The notes under the pieces: model-generated
The model's database searches: none
Told to the model about the DNA's origin: nothing
What the model saw: the letters and a program-made list of their open reading frames with translations, nothing else
In this document: piece after piece, positions 1 through 11,705 of the stretch
Position numbering within the stretch: position 1 is the first letter of the stretch
Layout: each line of letters begins with the position of its first letter
Program-made: the position numbers and the translations under genes
NCBI GenBank assembly: GCA_963514005.1
Contig: OY740786.1
Coordinates: 66,340,001-66,404,000, forward strand
Source of the DNA: Raja brachyura
Lineage: Eukaryota
DNA length: 64,000 nt
Reading direction: 5' to 3'

Positions 1-2294
1 TAACTCAGGGGGACGGGGGTGTGAATAACCCGTGGGAGGGAATGGGGAGTGTGAATAACCCATGGGGGAAAGGGGGCAGGGGGTGTAAATAACCTGGGGG
101 GGGGGGGGGAAGAGGGCAGGGGGTGTGGCAATCGGCAGCTTGAGAGACCATTGTGATTATCATTACTAGGGGGGGGGGGAGACGGAGGCACCGAGAGGGA
201 GACACGGAGCCACACAGGCAGGGACACGGGAGAGGGAGCCGGAGGCGCGGAGAGGGAGCCGGAGGCGCGGAGAGGGGGGGAGGCGGAGGCGCGCGGGGGG
301 GGAGGCGGAGGCGCGCGGGGGGGGAGGCGGAGGCGGAGGCGCGCACGGGGGGGGGGGGGGGGGGGGGAGACGGAGGCACCGAGAGGGAGACACGGAGCCA
401 CACAGGCAGGGACACGGGAGAGGGAGCCGGAGGCGCGGAGAGGGAGCCGGAGGCGCGGAGAGGGGGGGAGGCGGAGGCGCGCGGGGGGGGAGGCGGAGGC
501 GCGCACGGGGGGGGGGGGGGGAGGCGCGCGCAGGGGGGGGTCGCGGAGGCGCGCGCAGGGGGGGTCGCGGAGGCGCGCGCAGGGGGGGTCGCGGAGGCGC
601 GCGCAGGGGGGGTCGCGGAGGCGCGCAGGGGGGGTCGCGGAGGCGCGCAGGGGGGGTCGCGGAGGCGCACAGAGGGGGTCGCGGAGGCGCACAGAGGGGG
701 TCGCGGAGGCGCACAGAGGGGGTCACGGAGGCGCACAGAGGGGGTCACGGAGGCGCACAGAGGGGGTCACGGAGGCGCACAGAGGGGGTCACGGAGGCGC
801 ACAGAGGGGGTCACGGAGGCGCACAGAGGGGGTCACGGAGGCGCACAGAGGGGGTCACGGAGGCGCACAGAGGGGGTCACGGAGGCGCACAGAGGGGGTC
901 ACGGAGGCGCACAGAGGGGGTCACGGAGGCGCACAGAGGGGGTCACGGAGGCGCACAGAGGGGGTCACGGAGGCGCACAGAGGGGGTCACGGAGGCGCAC
1001 AGAGGGGGTCACGGAGGCGCACAGAGGGGGTCACGGAGGCGCACAGAGGGGGTCACGGAGGCGCACAGAGGGGGTCACGGAGGCGCACAGAGGGGGTCAC
1101 GGAGGCGCACAGAGGGGGTCACGGAGGCGCACAGAGGGGGTCACGGAGGCGCACAGAGGGGGTCACGGAGGCGCACAGAGGGGGTCACGGAGGCGCACAG
1201 GGGGGTCACGGAGGCGCACAGAGGGGGTCACGGAGGCGCACAGAGGGGGTCACGGAGGCGCACAGAGGGGGTCACGGAGGCGCACAGAGGGGGTCACGGA
1301 GGCGCACAGAGGGGGTCACGGAGGCGCACAGAGGGGGTCACGGAGGCGCACAGAGGGGGTCACGGAGGCGCACAGAGGGGGTCACGGAGGCGCACAGAGG
1401 GGGTCACGGAGGCGCACAGAGGGGGTCACGGAGGCGCACAGAGGGGGTCACGGAGGCGCACAGAGGGGGTCACGGAGGCGCACAGAGGGGGTCACGGAGG
1501 CGCACAGAGGGGGTCACGGAGGCGCACAGAGGGGGTCACGGAGGCGCACAGAGGGGGTCACGGAGGCGCACAGAGGGGGTCACGGAGGCGCACAGAGGGG
1601 GTCACGGAGGCGCACAGAGGGGGTCACGGAGGCGCACAGAGGGGGTCACGGAGGCGCACAGAGGGGGTCACGGAGGCGCACAGAGGGGGTCACGGAGGCG
1701 CACAGAGGGGGTCACGGAGGCGCACAGAGGGGGTCACGGAGGCGCACAGAGGGGGTCACGGAGGCGCACAGAGGGGGTCACGGAGGCGCACAGAGGGGGT
1801 CACGGAGGCGCACAGAGGGGGTCACGGAGGCGCACAGAGGGGGTCACGGAGGCGCACAGAGGGGGTCACGGAGGCGCACAGAGGGGGTCACGGAGGCGCA
1901 CAGAGGGGGTCACGGAGGCGCACAGAGGGGGTCACACAGAGAGGGTGGAGTGGGCGGGCGGGTGCGGGGCGGGATTGAAATTGCGATGACAGCGTCCGGC
2001 CTTTACCCCGCCCGCCCGTCACCGTATCTCTTCTCTCGATCTGCAGAGCAATTTGAGAACTGGGGGGGGGGGGGGGGGGAGTGGGCGGGGCGAGGGAGTG
2101 CAGCTGTGGGCTTCGCACTCTATGTGTGTGAGTTTTGTGATCAATTTTCCTCAAAATCTGGGGAAATGACCATGGAGTGAATGTGCGAATGTAAAAGTGA
2201 AATCGCTAGAGAAATGGAAAAAAATGACGGCGTTTTTGCGTCTGGTTTGAGCGGACTAACAAATCAAATGCAAAAAGCCGTACACCCACACAGA

Positions 2295-2335
<41 letters not shown>
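1..2335 (-). mobile_element. Probable non-autonomous Helitron-like element hosting the minisatellite (5' end in the (TA)n tract)
   Basis: Minus strand begins (TA)n-AAAACTCTGTGTG, resembling the TCTATATTACTAAAAGTC 5' end of the Helitron at 60743; 3' end lies outside the window. Confidence 0.45.
530..1935. repeat. 22-bp GC-rich minisatellite (AGAGGGGGTCACGGAGGCGCAC)n, about 60 copies
   Basis: Direct 22-nt periodicity; nearly invariant from ~720 with a 1-nt deletion near 1200; variant units on the left. Confidence 0.97.
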
Positions 2336-2342
<7 letters not shown>

Positions 2343-2381
2343 AATAAGGATTAAAAGTACCACTATTGCTTATTTAAGTAC

Positions 2382-2470
2382 CTCTTGATCCAGATTATAT
2401 TCTTCACTCGAATTAAGGGCCAGTTTTACTGTCAGGTAGTTTCCATTTTTCACTGCATCACGCAACACAC
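2382..2470 (-). CDS. MPHOSPH8: MPP8 coding exon 7, start of ankyrin region (VLRDAVKNGNYLTVKLALNSSEEYNLDQE)
   Basis: Matches human VLRDAVKNGDYITVKVALNSNEEYNLDQE; acceptor ctgtag|, donor GAG|gtactt; remaining exons lie left of the window. Confidence 0.96.
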
Positions 2471-2729
2471 CTACAGGTTTATAAAAGCAATGCTGATTTT
2501 CAATTAGGAGCGATCATTAAACATAAGTTAGATTCTTAAACTGATGCTAGTACACTTGAGCTATCATTCATCATCCCCAATGTAGTACGAATATATTTTA
2601 AATAAAATGATCACCTTGTGGTCTACACACCAACATATATTTTGAAATATATATTTCAAGAAATTAAAGAATGAGGACATCTCAGATGGGAAGAAGTGTA
2701 GTGGAGATAGTTGTGGGAGCCAGTGGGTT

Positions 2730-3060
2730 TGTAATAGGCATCTACACCCAAAATGAGATGTTCCATACCAAGACATCTGAGATGTCCTCATTCTTCAGGG
2801 AACAGGGGACCCCCTCTTCCATCATAGACAAAACCCTCACACATGTCTCCTCGGTACCCCACAGCTCCCCTCTTGCTCTCCCTAGCCGCAATAGGGACAG
2901 TGTCTCCCTAGTCTTTACCTTTCACCCCATCAGCCATCGCATACAACACATAATCATCCGACCTTTTCGCCATCTCTCACCACGAGTCACATCTTCCCAT
3001 TTGCACCCCTTTCCGCCTTCCGCAGAGACCGTTCCCTCTGCAACTCCTCGGTTAACACTC
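2730..3060 (+). mobile_element. Penelope-like element fragment
   Basis: FHTKTSEMSSFFREQG...LVFTFHP matches the PLE ORF at 29822..30850. Confidence 0.85.
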
Positions 3061-3084
3061 CTTCTCCCTGGTCTCTCCTCACAG

Positions 3085-3665
3085 TAACTTGTCTATTGTC
3101 TCCCCTGTCCCGGTGGCCGCGGGGGGGGGGGGGGGGGGTTCAGTGGAGGCCCTGGACCCATTACTCTCTCCCTCATCATTCACCCCTCTCCCCCGCCTGC
3201 CCTTTGCGGCAATGGTGATCCCGTCTACCCGTCCCCTTGGGTCCGTCTCCTCCGCCCCTGCGGTAACTCACCCTCACGGCCTCCTCGGAGATCTTCTCCA
3301 CCAGCTCATCGAAATTCGTGGTGCCCACCATGACGAACACCGACTCCAACCCCCACCCCGGCAGCGAACAGGCAGACAACGGGCCAAGCGGCAGCAGTGG
3401 GCTGGCGGGGACAGGCTGAGATGTCGGCTGAGCCGGAGTGGGCAGAGGGAGGGAGGGAGAGTTGGGTTGCAGGGTGGCCGAGCAGTTTGCGTGGAGTTTG
3501 AGTAACTCACACACACACACAATGAATATAGTTGAAATATTGTGTTGGGGGGACGGATTACATTGGCGGAAAACGGACGAGTGGTGGAATATTGCATTGG
3601 GGAATGGGTTGCGTTGGGGGACCAGGCCTCCCGTGTGACAGGGACCTGGGTCCCACTTAGTCTAG
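3085..3665 (+). mobile_element. Helitron 3' portion carrying a captured gene fragment
   Basis: Ends in hairpin GGGACC-TG-GGTCCC, then ACTTAGT-CTAG|T (3662-3665); subterminal sequence shared with the Helitron end at ~62015-62071; 5' boundary uncertain. Confidence 0.75.
3272..3349 (-). pseudogene. ALG13: Captured ALG13 exon 1 fragment (LESVFVMVGTTNFDELVEKISEEAVR|gtgagt)
   Basis: Resembles the ALG13 N-terminus MKCVFVTVGTTSFDDL; followed by a consensus donor; no ATG (TTG instead); no further exons nearby. Confidence 0.78.
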
Positions 3666-3861
3666 TCCACACTACAATTCATAAGCATTGGTAAGTCCCC
3701 ACCAAAATCCATTCTAAGGTTTCAATATAATCTTTAACATTAATAGAACTTTAATCAATTATCAATCATGAATGACTTCATAAATGTTCATTATATCGAT
3801 AATATTTAGAAAACACCTTCTAAGATTCCTCTACTTACTATATGATTATCACACTACTCAC

Positions 3862-3981
3862 TGTTGGATATCACTTTTGGTGGAGAAAGTAAATCATCAT
3901 TTCCATCCAGATGTTTTTGAAAATCTTCCAATGTCATCCAATCAAGCTGCAAGTCCACACCCAATTTAAGCATTTTGCCAT
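3862..3981 (-). CDS. MPHOSPH8: MPP8 coding exon 6 (DGKMLKLGVDLQLDWMTLEDFQKHLDGNDD...)
   Basis: Matches human LGMDLQLEWMKLEDFQKHLDG; acceptor tttag|, donor A|gtgagt; 120 nt. Confidence 0.95.
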
Positions 3982-4567
3982 CTAAATTCAATAGCAATAC
4001 AAAATAATAATTACCATCCAAATCACCAATACTTAAGAACTGATATTGAAGATATTTATATCATTTACTAGAAATATTTAAAAAATAATTAAGGGAAATA
4101 AAACCTATGCAAAGTAACGTTTTATCAATGAAAAATCACAACCCGAGTAGTTATTGGTAATATTATCGAAGTATTCAATCAAAGTCACAGAAGGATTCTC
4201 TAAAATTATACTATACTACATTTACAAAATGGTTGATATTATGTCGCTCCCTGGAAAAAGTTCAGGGCACGCTATAGAAGTGATTTCTGGCATGTAGAAT
4301 CTTTGTTACTCACACTTGCTTACATGGGCAAAAACAATCAATTATAAAATAACATAGACATAGAACAACTGATAAGGATTTATAACATAATGAATGGGCT
4401 GGATCAGATTCCTTAATACTATTAACCCAGTTTGCCAGATAGGGGCTAGAAGTTATGTATTTAAATTGTGTGAGAAAAACAAATCAAGAAACTAAATGTG
4501 AGCCAATTTCACAATGTAACAAAGACAAAATTTACTCTGTCAATTAACGCAATAACATTTTTTGTAC

Positions 4568-4807
4568 CTGCATTCTCCTCAGTCTGAGGCATGGTGTCAA
4601 GAATCTTATGGGTTTCTTCAACTGCAGTCTGAATTCTTGACTCATTCTCTTTTTTCTTATCTTTTTGCAACAGTTTCTCTTTAGCTCGGTTCTCGTCAAT
4701 TTTAAGATCATGGGAAACCGCACGTTTATTTTCTCTGTCCTCATGATCAGTAACATCAGAAAGGGGAATGAAAAACTTGTCAAAAAGGCCCTTCATCTCT
4801 CGATTAT
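4568..4807 (-). CDS. MPHOSPH8: MPP8 coding exon 5 (NREMKGLFDKFF...TEENA)
   Basis: Lies within ORF 4509..4796; acceptor tttatag|, donor G|gtacaa; 240 nt, phase 1-1. Confidence 0.87.
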
Positions 4808-5472
4808 CTATAAAGTAAATGAAAAGAGAAAATATCTACTTCGGATAATTGGGAAGGACCATGAATTCCAGATTTGTTTTCAAAACACAGCTTGCTCTCA
4901 ATGGAGGGAATCAAAGAATCTTTAGAAAGCATTTCTTCTTCTGAAAATAACTACTGTGTGCAAATAGCAGCATGGTGTGGGATGCATGTTAATATTTTGG
5001 CCTACAAACTCCCTCCAAAAAATGTTGGTTTCTCCCTGGCGACTCCTTTGAAATGGTTGAAAATACAATTTCAACTTTGGAGATTTGAACAAAAACTATG
5101 CTACCTTTGAGACTTTAAGAAGAATTCTGTCCATTCTGGTCAATGTATACCGGTCCACATTTCCTGTTGCCTGCCAAACCATTTAAGAGCTTTTTGTCTT
5201 CCATTGGCAAGATCAGCATTCATGTTAAATGAATGTTCTGACAGAACTTCATCAAGCTAGTATGTTAAATCTAAGTTTTTCTTTCAACAAATGCTGCCCA
5301 AGTGCTGCCAATATTTCAATTGCTTAGATGTTCATACAATTTGTTTATTCCTATCCAGGAAGTTCCATTAAGTCATTCTTTAGGAAAGAATAGGCAACTA
5401 ACATTATGGTATGCACACTGTGGTGTTGCACGTGGAAGCCATCCATAAAAGGAACAGTTTACATTGACTTAC

Positions 5473-5578
5473 TGCAATCCCCACTTTGTTCCTTTCGCCC
5501 TTTCTCGATATCCTGCCTCTTATCAGATAGCTCTTTGGCTGCTTCACCTTTCTTTCCCAACTTTTCCCGAGAATAAGG
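5473..5578 (-). CDS. MPHOSPH8: MPP8 coding exon 4 (PYSREKLGKKGEAAKELSDKRQDIEKGRKEQSGDC)
   Basis: Acceptor ttttcag|, donor A|gtaagt; EKGRKE as in human MPP8; 106 nt gives the phase 1 required by the next exon. Confidence 0.85.
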
Positions 5579-6910
5579 CTGAAAATATAAATAGTAATTT
5601 TAGCCAGATAACCATACATTTCAGCTGAAAATGCATAAAGATAACTAAAAATAAACTCAACATGTTCATATGTTCGATATTTACATATTTCAAGCAAAAA
5701 CAACTGCTGGAGGAACTCAGCAGCTCAGGCAACATCTGTGGAAGGAAATGGCCAGACAAAGCTTTGGGTTGGGACCCTCCTTCAGACAGATGGAGTATAG
5801 GGGAAATAGCTAGTTGAAAGAGATGTGGGGTAGGGGTGAGGCAAGAAGTCACGATATGGTGAATGCAGATGAGAGGAGGTCGAGTGGCACATCAGATAGT
5901 TAGATATTTCCAAATGAATTCAAATTCTCAAAAAAATAACAATTCAAGTAAAGAAAGATAATGGGTTTTAACTTAAAAACATTCATATTTACTTTATATT
6001 CTCAACCAATTTATTTTCATTCTTTATTCTGCAATGTATGTGTTCCTTTCGTTTTCACCTGCTCTACAGCAGAGAAAGATAACTAACTAAAGTCGTGAGA
6101 TGTTAGATGTGCACTATCATAAAATGGATCATGTTAACCAGCATTTGCATTGAATGCCTATTATTATATTCAAAATACAGATTTCTTCAGAATTTAGCAG
6201 TGACACTTAAGATTGCAATAATCTTCAGGAGGAACACTGACTTGGTGAATTCCCTCAACAATTTGTTAATCCGGTTTCCAGCACTTGCAGGCACAGGGAA
6301 ATGCAGATGCTGGATTTAGTCTGAAGAAGGGTCCCTACCCAAAAAGTCACCTTTCTCCATCACCCAGAGGTGCTTTCTGACTCGCTGAGTTCCTACAGCA
6401 CTTTGTCCTACACCCAGATTTGCAATCCTATCAAACTACACCTCAGATTGACTGCATTCTATTCTATTCTAGTCATGCCAGTTTGAATAACATGTTACTG
6501 TCTATAAATTTATCACACAATGAAAAGTGAACATCAACAGCAGGTTGTTTTATTATTTAATATAATCAAAATTGATATGTCTTTATCAGACATTCCTTCT
6601 CATGATAAAACATAAATAACACTAGAAATCAGAAGAAAATGTTTAGCTGCAGAAACATTTGCTATTATTCCATTTCCCATTCCTCACCATCTTACTTGTA
6701 CTATACTACAGCTGCAGGTACTATTAAGGCCTAATAAGGGCCCCAATTGAATCTATGAACCGTACCAATTTAAAGTTACACAGTACATTTAAATATTAGC
6801 TCAGATTTTTTAAAAAGGGAGCTCAAACTTCAAAATCTTTAGGAAGCACATTAGAAAATGATAGGGTAGGCAAAAATGCTAGAGAAACTCAGCGGGTGAG
6901 GCAGCATCTA

Positions 6911-8295
6911 ATTAATGGAAAATTAATTCAGTGGGCAAATTAATGGAAAAGATACTTAGAGATAATATATATAAGTATCTGGATAAAGAGGGTCTAATTA
7001 GGAACAGTCAACATGGATTTATGCCTGGAAGGTCATGTTTGACTAATCTTCTTGAATTTTTTGAAGAGGTTACTAGGAAAATTGACGAGGGTAAAGCAGT
7101 GGATGTTGTCTATATGGACTTCAGTAAGGCCTTTGACAAGGTTCCTCATGGAAGGTTGGTTAAGAAGGTTCAACTGTTTGGTATAAATGCAGGAATAGCA
7201 AGATGGATTCAACAGTGGCTGAATGGGAGAAGCCAGAGGGTAATGGTGGATGGCTGTTTGTCGGGTTGGAGGCAGGTGACTAGTGGGTCCTTTGGGATCA
7301 GGGATCTGTGTTGGGTCCTTTGTTGTTTGTCATGTACACCAATGATCTGGATGAAGGGGTGGTAAATTGGATTAGTAAGTATGCAGATGATTCCAAGATA
7401 GGGGGTGTTGTGGATAATGAAGAGGATTTCCAAAGTCTACAGAGTGATTTAGGCCAGTTGGAAAAATGGGCTGAAAGATGGCAGATGGAGTTTAATGCTG
7501 ATACATGTGAGGTGCTACACCTTGGCAGGACAAATCAAAATAGGACGTACATGGTAAACGGTAGGGAATTGAAGAATACAGTTGAACAGAGGGATCTTGG
7601 AATAACCGTGCATAGTTCCTTGAAGGTGGAATCTCACATAGATAGGGTGGTAAAGAAAGCTTTTGGTATGCTAGCCTTTATAAATCAGAGCATTGAGTAT
7701 AGAAGCTGGGATGTAATGTTAAAATTGTACAAGGCATTGGTGAGACCAAATCTGGAGTATGGTGTACAATTTTGGTCGCCCAATTATAGGAAGGATGTCA
7801 ACAAAATAGAGAGGGTACAGAGGCGATTTACTAGAATGTTGCCTGGGTTTCAACAGCTAAGTTACAGAGAGAGGTTGAGTAAGTTAGGTCTTTATTCTCT
7901 GGAGCGCAGAAGGTTAAGGGGGGACTTGATAGAGGTCTTTAAAATGATGAGAGGGATAGACAGATTTGATGTGGACAAGCTTTTCCCTTTGAGAATAGGG
8001 AAGATTCAAACAAGAGGACATGACTTTAGAATTAAGGGACAGAGGTTTAGGGGTAACATGAGGGGGAACTTCTTTACTCAGAGAGTGGTAGCGGTGTGGA
8101 ATGAGCTTCCAGTGGAAGTGGTGGCGGCAGGTTCGTTGGTATCATTTAAAAATAAATTGGATAGGCATATGGATGAGAAGGGTATGGAGGGTTATGGTAT
8201 GAGTGCAGGCAGGTGGGACTAAGGGAAAAAAGTTGTTCGGCACGGACTTGAAGGGCCGAGATGGCCTGTTTCCGTGCTGTAATTGTTATATGGTT
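6911..8295 (+). mobile_element. CR1 LINE, 5'-truncated RT and C-terminus, inserted into a short Penelope-derived element
   Basis: QHGF.PGRSCLTNL, YMDFSKAFDKVPH, LGPLLF, KYADD, RRLRGDLI, WNELP; one frameshift near 7290; ATCTA duplicated at 6906-6910 and 8296-8300. Confidence 0.95.
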
Positions 8296-8379
8296 ATCTA
8301 TGGAGCGAAGGAAATAAAATTAATATGTAACTTTGGTTTGCAAAATGTATTCTGTTTACTAAAGTTTATAAATGCTTAC

Positions 8380-9354
8380 CTGATTTGTGGTTTTAACTGT
8401 TTCCAGCTTCTCCTCGGTATTTATTGCTAAACAGTTTGATTTATTAATTTTCAAATTTTCTCGATTAACTTCAGAATCCAGTCGTAATTTGTCAAAGAGA
8501 CTAGGCTCAGTGAATAGGGGTTGCTGTCCTGAAGTTGTTACATTGGATTCAGAACCATGAATTACTTTCTCAGTTGCAGATCGAGAATTCTCATTTACAT
8601 TGTGGATTTTGCTAATTTTTTTCATTATTTTTGCAGAATCTGGTTTAGGAGTGGTACTGTTTTCACCATCCATTGACTTTCTGCCTTTGGCTTCTTGCTG
8701 AAGTTTTGGGGCCTTAATTTCATGACTTTTCTGTTTCTTGGCATGACTGGTATTCTCTTTATTTATGTGTTTTTTCTCTGAAAAATCTTCCTTCTGATTT
8801 TTTTTTTGTTTCATCTCTTGCTTCACACTGTCCACCTTGTCCCTTTTCTTTTTCTTTCTCTTTAACACAAGTTCAAAGTCATCTTCTTCAGAGCTTTCCA
8901 GAGATCGTTTAGATACCGTAATGTTATCTGGCTGGGCCGTATCCTTACATTGATCAAACATTGTGTTTTTTAAATCCAATTTGTCCTGATGTTTGCAATC
9001 ATCAAGGTTCAATGATGGTTCCAATAAAGAATCATCTTCTGGAGCTGAATTTGGTAGAGACTTATGTGTTTCAGCATGTTTTTTCTTCAATTTCTTGGAT
9101 TCAGTTAAAGTCCTTTTCTTCACTTTTTCGTCATCCGAGAGATCGCTCAGATGTTTCATCGAGTTGTCTCTTACCTCCTCACTATTTGATCTGACAGATT
9201 TCACTTTTTTTTCCATTTTGGGACTGTCAAGTCTCATGTCCAGTTCAAATTTAGTTATCTTCTTCTTTTTGACCTTTGGTGAAGAGATTTCTGGTGCTTC
9301 TCCAAAATCATCACCAGATTCATCTTCAAAAATATCTTTATCAAAGTTAAGTTT
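8380..9354 (-). CDS. MPHOSPH8: MPP8 coding exon 3, Lys/Glu/Ser-rich disordered region
   Basis: Lies within ORF 8359..9423; acceptor tttcag|AAA, donor CAG|gtaagc; 975 nt, in phase with exon 2. Confidence 0.88.
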
Positions 9355-9734
9355 CTGAAATAATACAATTAAGATAGAATAAATCGAGCTAGTATTGCTA
9401 AAAACTTCAATTTTTTTTGACATTCTCTCTAAAAAATATCATAACTTAAGATGTGATTTTTTTTCCCATTCCAATATCCTTTATATCTTTGTTCCATACA
9501 TTGTTGTTTCTAATCTTACTTCATTTTTATTTCAATATTTAGTGGTTCTTGGGTTTGGAGTCGTCAATTAATTAAGAGTTTTCATTGTGCCCATCTAACT
9601 GGTTGGATTGAAGAAAATGTCAATTCAATTTTTAACAAACTGTTTTAGATGAATTAAAGATCAACGCAGAAAAAAAATCATAATTCGATTGTGTTAAACT
9701 AATATATCACGTATATCAGAGGGACAATGCTCCT

Positions 9735-10332
9735 GGGGGACCCGACCTTTTCTCTGTCGGGTCTCCGTTGTCGTTGGGGCCTAGCACCGTGGAGCGTCCT
9801 CCAACCGGAACGACCTGTGGGCTCCAGTCACAAAGTCTGCGGACTAGTCACCATCGAAGGGCTGGCCGAGTTCGGAGCGCGGAGAGCTGTGGACGCGTGC
9901 TGCTGTGGCCCGACCCCAGGAGCTTCGGAGGCTCCAACCGCAGGCCCGGTGGACGGTAACACCAGGAGCTCGCGGGTCCCTGGTGGGAGACCGCTTTTCG
10001 GAGCTTCCGCAACGGCAACTTCTCCCACCCGAGTTGTGGGGTTGAAAATGACCTGGAGCGGGGCCGTACATCGCCCGGCGCAGCCTTAATGGCCGCGGGA
10101 CATTTACCATCGCCCGCCGGGGGGTTTGACTTTGACATCGGGAGGAGAATGGGGAGTGCAGGGGAGAGATAAGACTTTTGCCTTCCATCACAGTGAGGAG
10201 GAGATTCGCTGGGATGGATGCTTGTGTAAATTGTGTTGTGCCTTGGTTCTTTTTCTCAGTTGTATGACTGCAGAAACCAAATTTCATTTGAACTTCAATG
10301 AGGTTCAAATGACAACAAATAAATTGTATTGT
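9735..10332 (+). mobile_element. GC-rich non-autonomous retroelement (SINE-like), partial copy
   Basis: Homologous to 11992-12878; 3' stem-loop, AATAAA and (TTGTA)n tail. Confidence 0.7.
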
Positions 10333-10894
10333 ACTGAACTTCAACCCAAGAGTTTGAATGTTGAATTCTCCAATTTTAGGCAACTTCAAATGGCCCAACC
10401 CCCTTTCTTCACCTCCCCCTTCTCTCCCCTGTGTCTCACCTGGACTTGCACCTATTCCCCCACCCCCCCCACATTCCTTCCTCTAGCTTCATAATTCTCA
10501 ACTATTTAATCCTTTTGTTGCACACCTTCTGTCTTTTCATGTGTAGCCATCTATTACTTACCAGGCTTGAATCAGTTTACAGAAGATCAAGCAGGGCAGA
10601 ATTATAAACAATTCCTAGCTCATTAAGACCATAAACTCAAACAACAATGAGTCCATCAGAATAGGACTTTCTTCTTTTACAAAACTTGCAGGGCTCATAT
10701 CAGTTTAGAAATCTTAATTAATGGCAAAAAAAGATCAACTTACACTGAAGCGATTTTAAAATTGCATCATATTACAAACTGCTGCTGAAGGTTCAGAACT
10801 TATATGAATAGTATTAGATAAAATGGAAGGAAGTCAAAGATGGTTCTATGCCATAAATCCAAATATTGTGTAATACAATCAAGCAAATTCTCAC

Positions 10895-11041
10895 CTGATT
10901 GTCTCTTGCTGGTGACTTTTCTTTTGATTTTTGCTTGAAAACGTGTAGCACTTCTGTGCAGTCCTCCAAATGAGCCTCTGGCTCCCAGGTATCATCGTCA
11001 GAAGGATAGCCTTTCCAGTGAACTCTGTACAAAATTTGACC
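10895..11041 (-). CDS. MPHOSPH8: MPP8 coding exon 2, chromodomain core (GQILYRVHWKGYPSDDDTWEPEAHLEDCTEVL...)
   Basis: Matches MPP8 LYKVRWKGYTSDDDTWEPEIHLEDCKEVL; acceptor aacag|, donor CAG|gtgaga; 147 nt, phase 0. Confidence 0.96.
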
Positions 11042-11705
11042 CTGTTGTAATAATTAAAATCATATTTATACATGACCTCTCAAACTATGCAGATAGTATT
11101 AGCAGATATAAGAAAAATATTCATTGAAAAGATAGCCACCGTCTCATAATACCAGAATCATACAGGGTCCATTACCCAACTATTTTAAAATAAAATCACG
11201 TGACATATTAAATGACATATTGGATAAAGTCCTAAAAATGATACTGGATATACACCCACCATGATGTGTAATGTGAAGTAAGAGGACAAGTCATCTTTTT
11301 CCAGGGAGTATTTCCTGGCTCACAAAAGGTATTACATCCAGTTTCAGGATCTCTCTGGGTTACGGAAAACCTAACCTTCATAAATTCGACAATTCGCAAA
11401 TTCACCCATAAATTTTTTTTAAAGTAGTTTTCAAGATAGGAAAGTTAGCTACAGATATAAAAACATTTTCAAGAATTATCAAATAGGGGTGGATAGCTAA
11501 TTCAAAAGCCAACCTGTCTTCCAAAAACGAAACTATTTTCATGTAACTTCCCCGCTATAAACAAACAGATAAATTGTCCTTTAAGAACGCAGCTGCTTGT
11601 TCACAACATGAGGCCATTTAAGAGACTGTAAACCGAGAAGGCAAATCTCTTATATTGACACTTGTAAAATGTTTTATCAAATATCAATATCCATTGATAT
11701 TTTAA

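Noticed and set aside
530-1935. CRISPR-like array
   Set aside because: Units are head-to-tail with no spacers, there are no cas genes, and the DNA is vertebrate
1955-2065. GGCGGGATTGAAA (E2F/CHR-like) followed by a short ATG frame, as a second captured gene start
   Set aside because: No recognisable protein or splice donor; could be chance in GC-rich TE sequence
153-2180. 675-aa Gly/Arg-rich ORF and its antisense Pro-rich ORFs
   Set aside because: Translation of a stop-free 22-bp minisatellite (three units give a 22-aa period); no sign of a real gene
9355-9423. N-terminal extension of the 354-aa ORF (and the C-terminal tails of ORFs 39949..40401, 43219..43611 and 45576..47072)
   Set aside because: Intronic read-through beyond clear splice sites
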